Under the pieces are notes generated by a model. That model was not told the DNA's origin. It saw only the letters and a list, made by a program, of their open reading frames with translations, and searched no databases. Both the position numbers and the translations under genes were made by a program. DNA of 63,874 nt, counting the filler, from Chiloscyllium plagiosum (lineage: Eukaryota): the NCBI RefSeq assembly GCF_004010195.1. It is 3 parts of 2 records of this genome, joined end to end, with 100 filler letters (N's around TTAATTAATTAA, not from the genome) between each part and the next. Parts side by side here need not be neighbours in the genome. Positions count along the whole stretch, not along the records: positions 27,214 to 55,797 come from NC_057716.1; positions 55,898 to 63,874 come from NC_057717.1; 1 more part is not named here. One strand, 5' to 3'. Numbering within the stretch: position 1 is the stretch's first letter; every line of letters begins with the position of its first letter. Below are positions 49,403-60,025 of the stretch, one piece after another.

Positions 49403-49602
49403 AATATAAAAAAAAGCCTGCTGGCAACAGCAGCCACAAGCTCAATGAAATCAAGCAGAGAATCAAACATGTGACTCAAAGAGTGGTGTTGGGAGAGGGG
49501 TCATGGGTCACAGAGAGTACAACTTCAGAAAGAGTGAGCTGTGTCATTGGGTCTGCATCCTCTTACACTGGCTGCAGTGTAGTGAGCACCTCCCACATCA
49601 GG

Positions 49603-49823
49603 GTGAAAGTGAGGACTACAGATGCTGGAGATTAGAGTCAAGAGTGTGGTGCTGGAAAAGCACAGCAGGTCAGGCAGAATCCAAGGAGCAGGAAAATCGA
49701 TGTTTCAGGCAAAAGCCCAATTTCATCAATTCCCGATGAAGGGCTTTTGCCCGAAACGTCGATTTTCCTGCTCCTCAGATGCTGCCTGACCTGCTGTGCT
49801 TTTCCAGCACCACTCTCTTGACT
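49603..49823. mobile_element. Fold-back Penelope-derived mini-element with 16-bp TSD
   Basis: TSD CACCTCCC(A/T)CATCAGG at 49587-49602 and 49824-49839. Confidence 0.82.
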
Positions 49824-50638
49824 CACCTCCCTCATCAGGTCAAACCCATTAGGACCCAGGTGGTCAGCAGTGATGTTCCTACAGCTTCTGTCACCTCTGA
49901 TCAAGCCTGGACTCCTAAAGACACTTGGTCATCTTCTTGCTGCCTGGTGGGAATAGCACATCTTTCCCACCTCTTGGCTTTGTGCTTGATGCAGTCAGGA
50001 AAGATAATGCTGGGAGGAACCCACCCCTCTTAACTATCATCACCAAGAACACTCCTCCTGCCAAAGTAACTTCTCATGAATGACCTGGATTCCTACCCAT
50101 GTAGCCCCCACTCACTTGTCTCTCTGGGTAGAGTTGTTTCTTCTGAATTCCCCGTCTGATTTCTTGGTGACCATATGAACAAAATGGCTTCTTGACCTGT
50201 TGTTTTCCACAAGTGCAAATATTCCTTCTGTCGTCAGTTTTCTGATAACAAAGGCTGTTGAGCTTTCCCTGATTGTTAGAACCTCACGGTTCTGCTATCA
50301 CCACTCTCTGTTACAAAGGGGAAAAACTTGTCATGGATTACTATTACTGCACAGGAAAAGGCCATTCAGCCCATCAAGTACATGCTGGTGCTCTGTACAG
50401 CAATCCAGTCACTCCTGTTCCTTTGGCCCTGCCTATTTATTTCTCTCAAACATTCACCCCCAAATTTCCTTTCATGACAACATACCATTTCCTGTTTCCA
50501 CTGCCCTCATAAGGAGTGGGTTCTTGGTCCATACCTCTTGTTGTATAAAATGATTCTTCCACCCAACACCTCCCCATGTCCCTAATATCTCTCGCTCAAA
50601 ATCTGTATACCTTTGTCCTTGTCCCTACCTCTCAGGAA

Positions 50639-50828
50639 GGAGAAAGTGAGGACTGCAGATGCTGGAGATCAGAGCTGAAAATGTGTTGCTGGAAAAGCGC
50701 AGCAGGTCAGGCAGCATCCAAGGAACAGGAGAACATTCCTGAAGAAGGGCTTATGCCTGAAACGCGATTCTCCTGTTCCTTGGATGCTGCCTGACCTGCT
50801 GCGCTTTCCCAGCAACACATTTTCAGCT
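50639..50828. mobile_element. Fold-back Penelope-derived mini-element with 15-bp TSD
   Basis: TSD CCTACCTCTCAGGAA at 50624-50638 and 50829-50843; near-perfect inverted arms of about 60 bp. Confidence 0.87.
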
Positions 50829-51045
50829 CCTACCTCTCAGGAAAACAGCATTGCAAATCTTATTTAAACCTGTCATTATTTAAGACCGCTATTAAATCTG
50901 CTACTAAATTATTAAATTTCTATTAAATCCTCTCCTCCAAGGGGATACTGCCAGCTGCTCCTGTCTTATCGCATCACTGAAGTCTCCTCTGCATTCCTGG
51001 AATCATTCTGGTAAATCTCCGCTGTACCTTCTCAATATCATTACA

Positions 51046-51750
51046 TTAGATTAGATTACTTACAGTGTGGAAACAGGCCATTTGGCCCAACAAGTCCACA
51101 CTGACCCTCCGAAGAGCAACCCACCCAGACCCATTCCCCTACATTTATCACTGACTAATGCAACTAACACTATGGGCAGTTTAGCATGGCCAATTCACCT
51201 AACCTGCATATCTTTGGACCGTGGGAGGAAACCGGAGCACCCAGAGGAAACCCACGCAGGCATGGGGAGAACATGTAAACTCCACACAGGCAATCACCCA
51301 AAGCTAGAATTGAATCTGGGTCCCTGGCACTATGAGGCAGCAGTGCTAACCACTGAGCCACCGTGCCACCCATAAGCATTGAAATATTTTGAGGTGTCAC
51401 CTGAATGTTACAGAATGCAACAGGTACATATGACATGGTGGTTCAGTGGTTAGCACTGCTGCCTTACAGCACCAGGGATGCAGGTTCAATACCATCTTTG
51501 GATGATGTCTGTGTGGTGTTTGCATGGTCTCCCTGTATCTGTATGGGTTTCCCTGGGAACTCATGTTTCCTCCCACAGTCCAAAAGACATGCAAGTTGGG
51601 TGGATTGGCCATGCTAAATTGCTCATAATGTCCAGGAATGTGTGAGGTAGCCATTGGAAATGCAGGGATAGGGCAGGTCTGGATAGGATGCTGTTCAGAG
51701 GGTTTGTGTGTACTTGATGGGTTGAATAGCCTGCTTCCTCACTGAGGAAT
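51046..51750. mobile_element. Two head-to-head HE1-like SINEs (51046-51372 on -, about 51434-51750 on +)
   Basis: Standard heads facing apart, about 60 bp between them. Confidence 0.85.
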
Positions 51751-51922
51751 CTTTATGCAGTTATCCATTAAAAACAGAAATCTTTAAAATGTCAAAAGCA
51801 TCTCAATGTTCAAACAGGTCTCACATTGCAAACTTAAAGGTTATAATGCAATGGAATAGGTTATTGGATCTCTACTCCACCTTCTATCACATTCAGTTGA
51901 TAGCAGTAAGTGTGCATCTTAC

Positions 51923-52080
51923 TTGTATGTGTATGGCCCAAGTTGTTTCACGATGGCTTTCGCTCCCTGTAAGATTTCCTCTTTGTTTTCAACGTTGAAG
52001 AAGTAGAACTGCAGGTAAGCAGGGACCGGGGGGTCTTTCCAATTATTGTACACCTCGCTGTTCAGCTTGAGCTCTGCATG
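51923..52080 (-). CDS. SCARB2: SCARB2/LIMP-2-like exon 2
   Basis: CCACAG|CAT...AA|GTAAGA, 158 nt: HAELKLNSEVYNNWKDPPVPAYLQFYFFNVENKEEILQGAKAIVKQLGPYTY; the phase-2 join to exon 3 is in frame; not in the ORF track. Confidence 0.92.
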
Positions 52081-52329
52081 CTGTGGAGATCAGCACAGAA
52101 ACGTTACTGTATTTACAGAACCATCATCCAGTCAACAGCACGACAAGCATCAGTAGATACAGAACTTTCCAGTCTAAACTTATACCCAACTATCTGATTT
52201 AAATACCTGAAGGGCAGTTTCTGTGAAGGCACAGTCCCCTCTCTTTCTTTGGACCATCTTTACATCTGCCTTTTAAATAAAATGCACCATAACCATTGGC
52301 ACCTTATTGTCATCATCAGAGGAAGTCAG

Positions 52330-53014
52330 AGGAGTTGTAGACTGTGAGGAAGGATGTGGCAGGTTACAGCGGGATATAGATAAGCTGCAGAACTGGGCAG
52401 AAAGGTGGCAAATGGAGTTCAATGTAGCTAAGTGTGAGGTGATTCACTTTGGTAAGAGTAATAAAAAGATGGGGTACTGGGCTAATGGTCGGATATTTGG
52501 TAGTGTGGATGAGCAGAGGGATCTTGGTGTCCATGTACACAAATCTTTGAAAGTTCCCACCCAGGTAAATAGTGCGGTGAAGAAGGCATATGGCGTACGG
52601 GCTTTTATTGGTAGAGGAATNNNNNNNNNNNNNNNNNNNNNNNNNNNNNNNNNNNNNNNNNNNNNNNNNNNNNNNNNNNNNNNNNNNNNNNNNNNNNNNN
52701 NNNNNNNNNNNNNNNNNNNNNNNNNNNNNNNNNNNNNNNNNNNNNNNNNNNNNNNNNNNNNNNNNNNNNNNNNNNNNNNNNNNNNNNNNNNNAGAGATGT
52801 TAGGGGTAGGTTCTTTACTCAGCGAGTCGTGAGTTCATGGAATGCCCTGCCAGTAGCAGTGGTGGACTCTCCCTCATTATGGGCATTTAAGCGGGCATTG
52901 GATAGGCATATGGAGGATAGTGGGCTAGTGTAGGTTAGGTGGGCTTGGATCGGCGCAACATCGAGGGCCGAAGGGCCTGTACTGCGCTGTATTCTTCTAT
53001 GTTCTATGTTCTAT
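52330..53014 (+). mobile_element. CR1/HER1 LINE 3' fragment with an internal N gap
   Basis: LQRDIDKLQNWAERWQMEFN...FFTQRVV; (CTATGTT)n tail. Confidence 0.9.
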
Positions 53015-54667
53015 GAAGCCAGAGATACTGCCCCTTTGATGCATGTGTTAAATGGTGTAATAGCAGATTATCTGCTCCTTACTCACTCAATCATCATCCC
53101 TTCCCATTCATATCAATTTAGATGGCCAGATGAGACAGGTCTGGAACAGGCAGCCCCATTAAACATCAGAAGCCACAAGTTAACATCGTTTCCATCCATC
53201 TCTCCTAAACAAGAGAAGACCCTCCTCAAAACACTCTTTCTAATGACCCTACTTACAATTAGCCTTGTTGATCCTCATTAGCGGTGACACAGTAGCTCAG
53301 TGCTACCTCTCAGTGCCAGAGACCCGGGTTTGATTCCAGCCTTGGTCTGTGTGGGGTTTGCGCATTTTCCCCCTGGGTGCTCTGGTTTCCTCTCACAATT
53401 CAAAGATATGCAGGTTAGGTGGATTAGCCATATTGTCCGGGGATGTGAAAACTAGATGGGTTAGCCATAGGAAATGCAGGGTTATAGGGATAGGGTAGGG
53501 GGTTGGAATTGTCTTCAGAAGCTCAGTGTAGACTAGATGGGCCGAATGGCCTGCATACACACACTAGGGTATATTTGATCCTTATTTCAACTAGACCACA
53601 AGTGAGGTTGCTCAGTTCATTACAGGATATCCCAAATGTTTGGTTCCCATTTGCTGCAGGGTGAGCTGGCTCCCCTTCTTTATTCAGCATGCCCCTCTCA
53701 CCCCAGTTGTTTGTAGCAGGTTTAATTTAGAACAGATCACTTCCCCTCTGGACACTTTTCTCCCAGAGCCAAACAAACCTACTTTCCTAAAGTCTATTTA
53801 ATCAGGCCTTCTTGAATTAATAGAGTACATCAGTTACAAAATGCAAGAGGTTAGTCCAAAAAGATAAAATAAAATATATACAGGTCAATCTTTGAATTGC
53901 TTTTGAAGAGTGGACAGTTGAATGTTGCTGCTGTTGCAGTTGAGATTACCAGTAAGTGTTGATGTTTGTAGTTGAACACTTGGTTTCACAGACCGCTGTT
54001 TTGTGAATTGGTTGAGATTCTGTAGTCCTGATCCTTTTCAACTGCAATTGAAACCTCAGCAACCAGGGTAAGACAGTATCATTTTGCTCAGCTGTTCTTT
54101 TTCACTGGTATGTAGTAAGATTGAGGGAAAGTCTTTACCTGCAACGTTTTGGTAACTAGGGGATAATTCTTCAACTGCGACCTTCAAATCTCACTAACAC
54201 CTGACTCCAAGTTGATACATAACAATGTTCAGTCATATTAGTACCCGGAGGAAACCCACGCAGACATGGGGAAAATGTGCAAACTCCACACAATCAATCA
54301 GTCGCCTGGGATGGGAATTGAACCCGGGTCTCTGGCGCTATGAGGCGCCACTGCAGTGCCACTGTGTCACCCACCTCTCCTGGCCTTTTCTCTCTATCCT
54401 CTCATTCACGCTTGCTTCTAAACTGACTTATTTTTTCACAATGTCAGTTTGAGTTTTGCTAGGTTGAACATTGGCAATAAATGTGATGGGAAACATCCAA
54501 AACTTCAGACGATGCACCACAGATTGTGCTAAGAGAAATGGAATGGGGAGACTCCTCCTGTTGGAACATACTGCAATGGAATTCAATGTCTGGAATCTTC
54601 TTCAGATTTGTTGGGGCATGGCAAGAAGAAAGTTAATGATCTGATGTGAATGCTCAAGGAGAGCAAG

Positions 54668-54900
54668 GAGTTAAAAATCACACAAAACCAGGTTATAATC
54701 CAACAGGTTTAATTGGAAGCACACTAGCTTTCGGAGCGTCGCTCCTTCATCAGGTGGTAGTGGAGGGCTCAATCCTAACACACAGAATTTATAGCAAAAA
54801 CTTATAGTGTGCTTCCAATTAAACCTGTTGGACTATAACCTGGTGGTGTGAGATTTTTAACTTTGCACACCCCAGTCCAACACCGGCAGCTCCAAATCAT
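54668..54900. mobile_element. Second-family fold-back Penelope-like mini-element with hammerhead motif
   Basis: Inverted arms GTTAAAAATCACAC...GGAAGCACACTA; - strand CTGATGA-A-GGAGC(GAC)GCTCC-GAAA-GCTA at 54725-54753; TSD GGAGAG(C/T)AAG. Confidence 0.75.
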
Positions 54901-55159
54901 GGAGAGTAAGATTGTCTCCAAGTGGCACACCCGACCAACTGCAGATCTCACCTACTCAGCACCGAAATACTGCAGCCATCTCAACTCCGTCGTCAGGACC
55001 AATGCTTCGGTTAATACACACGACATTCTACAATTATTGCACAGTATAGAAGGAGGTAATGTGCCCCTGAAGTCTATGTGAGGGATTTCAAACAGCAGTC
55101 CAAATCAACTGTACTTCCCCTGTCTCCTTGCAAAGTGTTTCCTGCACTTGCCTCTCTCT

Positions 55160-55797
55160 CCCTGCAATATTTTACTGCACTGTCCCGTGTCCCTGTAATA
55201 TTTTACGACATTGTCCCCCGTCTCCCGACAATATTTTACTGCACTGTCCCCTGTCGCCCTGCAATAACTTACCGCATGGTCCCCTGTTGCCCTGCCATAT
55301 TTTACTGCACTGACTGCGTTGGCATGCTATATCTGACTGCACTGTACACTGCCGCCTGTCGCCCTGCAATATCTTACTGCACTGCCCCCTGTCGTCCTGC
55401 AATATCTTACCGCACTGTCCCCTGTCGCCCTGCAATATCTGACTGCACTGTCTCCTGTCACCTTGCAATATCTTACTGCACTGTGCTCTGTCTCCCTGGA
55501 ATATCTGACTGCACTGTCCCCGGTTGCCCTGCAATATTTTGCTGATTTGACCCCTGTCGCCCTGCAATAATTTACTGCACTGTCCTCTGTCTCCCTGGAA
55601 TATCTTACAGCACTGTCCCCAGTTGCCCTGCAATATTTTGCTGCATTGACCCCTGTCGCCCTGCAATATTTTACTGCACTGTCCTCTGTCTCCCTGGAAT
55701 ATCTTACCGCACTGACCCCTGTCGCCCTACAATATTTTACCGCAGTGTCCCCTGTCGCCCTGCTATATCTGACTGCACTGTCCTTGTCGCCGTTCAT
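55160..55797 (+). repeat. 33-bp minisatellite running into the scaffold end
   Basis: Consensus CCTGCAATATTTTACTGCACTGTCCCCTGTCGC, about 19 copies. Confidence 0.95.
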
Positions 55798-55897
55798 NNN
55801 NNNNNNNNNNNNNNNNNNNNNNNNNNNNNNNNNNNNNNNNNTTAATTAATTAANNNNNNNNNNNNNNNNNNNNNNNNNNNNNNNNNNNNNNNNNNNN
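55798..55897. other. Artificial scaffold linker N44-TTAATTAATTAA-N44
   Basis: Identical to 27114-27213. Confidence 0.97.
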
Positions 55898-56009
55898 CTG
55901 GCTGGCCAGCACTGACAGCCCATCCCTATTTGTCCCTTGAGAAGGTGGTGGTGAGCTGCCTTCCTGAATCACTGCAGTCCACTTGCTGTGGGTTGACCCA
56001 CAATGCTGG

Positions 56010-57480
56010 TAGGGAGGGAATAATTTCCCTGGATGTACTTACAGGAATAATCACCTTAATACGATTCTATTGTCGACTCCCAAAAGTCAGTGGGAAATTG
56101 AGAAGCAAATTTGTTTGAAGATCTCAGTTATCTATAAGAATAACAGCGTGGTGATGGTAAGGGATTTGAACCTTCCAAAGCACAGACTGAGACTGCCATG
56201 GTGTTAATGTCTTGGTTAGAGAGGAATTTGCTAAGTGTCTACAAGCAAATGTTCTGATTCAGTATGTGGGTGTACTTACTAAAGAAGGAGCAAAACTTGA
56301 CCTACTCTTGGGAAATAAAGCAGGGCAGGTGACTGAGATATCAGTGGGGGAGCGCTTCAGGGCCAGTGACCATAATCCTATTAGATTTAAAACAATAATG
56401 GAAAAAGACCGAGCGGATCTAAAAGTTAGAGATTTGAATTTAGAGGAAGGCCAATTTTGATGACATTAGGCAAGAACTTTCAAAAGTTGATTGGAGGTGG
56501 GTATTTTCAGGTAAAGAATGGCTGGAAAGTTGGAAGTCATCAAAAATAGGATAATGAGAATCCAGAGACAGTATGTTCCAGTTAGTGTGAAGGGCAAGGC
56601 TGGTAAGCGTAAGGAAAGACAGATGACCAGAGAAAATGAGGTTTTGTTCAAAAATAAGAAGGAAGCATATGTCAGGTATAGACAGCAGGATTCTGGAGAT
56701 ACTCAAGAAGAGTATAAAGGCAGTAGAAGTATACATAAGAGTGAAATCAGGAAGGAAAAGAAATGGGACATGACATACCTTTGGCAAACAAGGTTAAGGA
56801 GATTCCAAAGGGATTTATAAATACATTAAAGACAAAAGGGTAATTATGGAGAGAATAGGGCCCCTGAAAGATCAACAAGCCCACCTGTGGAACCGCAGCA
56901 GATGTGGGAGACACTAAACGAGCATTTTGCATCAGTGTTTACTGTGATATGGATATAGAAGCATGAGAACTTGGGGAAATAAATACCTGTAATATGGACA
57001 TCTTCAAAAGTGTCCATATTACAGAGGAGGAGGTGCTGGACACCTTCAAATATATAAAGGTTGATATATCCCGAGGACCTGTCCAGGTGTACCTGAGAGC
57101 TCTGTGAGAAGCTCAGGAAATGATTACCGGGCCCCTTGAAGAGATATTTATATCATCAATAGTCACTGATAAGGTGCCAGAAGGCTGGGGGTTGCCGAAC
57201 GTGGTGTCATTTTTCAAGAAATGCGGGAAGGAGAAGCCAGGGAACTATAGATCGGTGAGCCTGGCATTGGTGCTGGGCAACATGTTGAAGGGGGATCCTG
57301 AGGGATCCTGAGGATTTACATAAATGTGGAAAGGCAGATTAGAATTTGTCAACATGCTGGGAAATCATGTTTCATTAACTTAATTGAGTTTTTTAAGGAA
57401 GTAATGAAGAGGATTGATGAAGGCAGAGTGGTGAATGTGATTTATACGTACTTCTGTAAGGCATAAAACAAAGTTCTTCG
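56010..57480 (+). mobile_element. Decayed CR1 LINE ORF2; continues at about 58560-58870
   Basis: LDLLLGNKAGQV, SDHNPIRF, FKKCGKEKPGNYRSVSL. Confidence 0.85.
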
Positions 57481-57481
57481 A

Positions 57482-57985
57482 GGAGAAAGTGAGGACTGCA
57501 GATGCTGGAGATCAGAGCTGAAAATGTGTTGCTGGAAAAGCGCAGCAGGTCAGGCAGCATCCAAGGAACAGGAGAATCGACGTTTCGGGCATAAGCCCTT
57601 CTTCAGGAATGAGGAAAGTGTGTCCAGCAGGCTAAGATAAAAGGTCGGGAGGAGGGACTTGGGGGAGGGGCATTGGAATTGCGATAGGTGTAGGGAGGTC
57701 AAGGTGAGGGTGATAGGCCGGAGTGGGATGGGGTCGGAGAGGTCAGGAAGAAGACTGCAGGTTAGGAAGGGTTGGTTGGTCCGGGTGTCCCAGAGGTGTT
57801 CTCTGAAACGTTCCGCAAGTAGGCGGCCTGGTTCAAGGGGGGCGGAGTGGGAAGTGGAAGAGGTGCGGTGGAGGGCATCGTCGACTACGTCTGGCGGCAA
57901 TTTGCGGTCCTTGAAAAAGGAAGCCATCTGGGTTGTACGGTTTTGGAACTGGTCCTCCTGGAAGCAGATGCGGTGGAGACGAAGG
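57482..57985 (-). mobile_element. Internally deleted Penelope-like element with intact hammerhead motif (57577-57606)
   Basis: MASFFKDRKLPPDVVDDAL...GRLLAERFREHLWDTRTNQP; CTGAAGAAGGGCTTATGCCCGAAACGTCGA. Confidence 0.8.
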
Positions 57986-58359
57986 ATGTTGAAGGGCGGA
58001 GGAGCCCTACTTGCTTTCCAGACTTGAGAACTGTGACCAGCGGTGTGACATGTTGATTGATGCGAGGTCCACCGTGTTTCATCATTTATGTATCTCCCTC
58101 ATTGACACTTCGGACTTGCTTTGACCATTGGCTTGGGCCCACAGCCACATCCATGCCCAAGATGGCCATCTGACAGAACTCAGGACCCACGGCTGCTGCC
58201 ACACTTCCCACAATGCAGTACCACTGCTGCCTATTGACAGAACTCCAGTAGGGAAGGGAAAAAAATATGAGAAGGAGAGAGAGAGGGAAAGGAAAGATGG
58301 CCAGCCTGGAGCAGATGGGCCTACTGTACCTGTTCCACAATCTTGGATAACTTGCTCAA

Positions 58360-58535
58360 TCTCTCCCTCACACTGCCAGGTCCCACTCTCTCTCCCTCAC
58401 ACTGCCAGGTCCCACTCTCTCTCCCCCAAACTGACGGCTCCCACTCTCTCTCCCTCACACTGCCGGCTCCCATTCTCTCTCCCTCACACTGCCAGGTCCC
58501 AGTCTCTCTCCCTCACACTGCCGGTTCCCACTCTA
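58360..58535 (+). repeat. Pyrimidine-rich minisatellite of about 31 bp
   Basis: TCTCCCTCACACTGCCAGGTCCCACTCTC units. Confidence 0.9.
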
Positions 58536-59814
58536 TCTACTTTGCAATGCTGGGGTTGCTTGCTTATATTGTCAGTGCAATGAATATAGGAGTTGGGAGC
58601 TGAAAATGTGTTGCTGGAAAAGCGCAGCAGGTCAGGCAGCATCCAGGGAACAGGAGAATCGACGTTTCGGGCATCAGCCCTTCTGTGCTGTACATCTTTG
58701 TAACTCTCTGAATCTATGACCTCAGAGAGGTTTGCTAAATCATGAAGAGCATGGATAGGGTGAATAGCCAAGGTCTTTTCTAAGGGGAAGAGGAGTTCAT
58801 ACTGGTGCGCACAGTATTAAGTTGAGATGGGAAAATTTAAGACGGACCCAAGGGGCAACGTTTCTCGAACAGAACTTTTCACTATCGTATCTACCTGCGA
58901 CTCCACTTTCAAAGAGCTATGAACTTGCACTCCAAGGTCTCTTTGTTCAGAAACAGGTTACTTCTCAGCCTCCATTAGGACAAGCCCTCAAGGGCAGAGT
59001 GACATTCTTGTACATTTCTTCTGCACCATTTCAAGTTTAACAACATCTTTCCAATTGCAGGGAGACCAGAATTGAATATAGTATTCCAAAAGTGGCCTAA
59101 CTAATGTCATGTACCCCTACACTCAATGCACTGACCAATAAAGGCTCTTTAATTCTGCACCCTGGACTAGATCCTTAGTGAAGGTGTTACAAAGGTGATG
59201 GAATACTGCAGCAAATGGGGTCTTTCATTGAATCTCTCATCAACCATATCCAGTGTATGTCAGCTCCATAACTTCAGTGTCCAAAAAGAATTGTGCATCG
59301 ACATTGATGTCCGGTATAATCCCAGCCAACATCCTTTTGTGTGACTCGAGACAGAATGTCAATGATTTCCAGAGAGTCCTGAGCTTCAACAGCAAAGTCT
59401 AATTATTGGAGGTCATAAATCTTTTGACCATATCCAAAAAAAAACAACAGATGCTTTAAATCAGAAACAAAAGCAAAAAATTGCTGAAAAAATCTCAGCA
59501 GCATCTGTGAAGAGAAATCAGACTTAACCTTTCGTATCCAGTGACTGTTCTTCAATACTAACCATGTCCACTTTGATTGTCCAATAAACGTAGGTTCACC
59601 CATGCGTTTGGTTGATTTTCAGACTGAAATCTGTTGAAAACACAGAACACAAATGTGCCTGGTTATCACACCCAGATCAAATTATTGTAAAGTTCAAGCA
59701 CTTTGAAAATATCTTATTTGGATCCTAACTTCTTTACCAAATTGTTTTCATCACAGCATTTTAACTGTGTTTCCAAATATTTTTCAGTCCAGATACAAAT
59801 ACATTTTAAATTGC

Positions 59815-60025
59815 TTCCGCCTATCTCCCGTGTGAGTAATCTGGTATATGAACTTCAGTGTTTGTGTGATGCTATGTATGTAGACCATGCCTCTGAAAGA
59901 CTGACAGATTGTTCCAAACAGCATTTCTCTTCAGTTCTTCACAGCAAACAGATTCCTGCCTGGACCGACCAGCTTACACTCACAAAACCTAAAACCCAGT
60001 GTCCACCATTGGTTGTGATTGGGTA
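59815..60025 (+). mobile_element. GIY-YIG remnant of a distinct Penelope-like family
   Basis: LPPISRVSNLVYELQCLCDAMYVDHASERLTDCSKQH fits the degenerate SNVVY.F.C.C...YVG.T..RL..R..QH pattern. Confidence 0.6.

Noticed and set aside
54945..55035. Candidate SCARB2-like exon 1 (AG|GTGAGA donor on the - strand)
   Set aside because: No N-terminal transmembrane segment, and an in-frame stop before the donor; the real exon 1 was not found.
55078..55797. Cys-rich and Gln-rich repeat ORFs of 155-164 aa
   Set aside because: Stop-poor frames of a 33-bp minisatellite, open on both strands.
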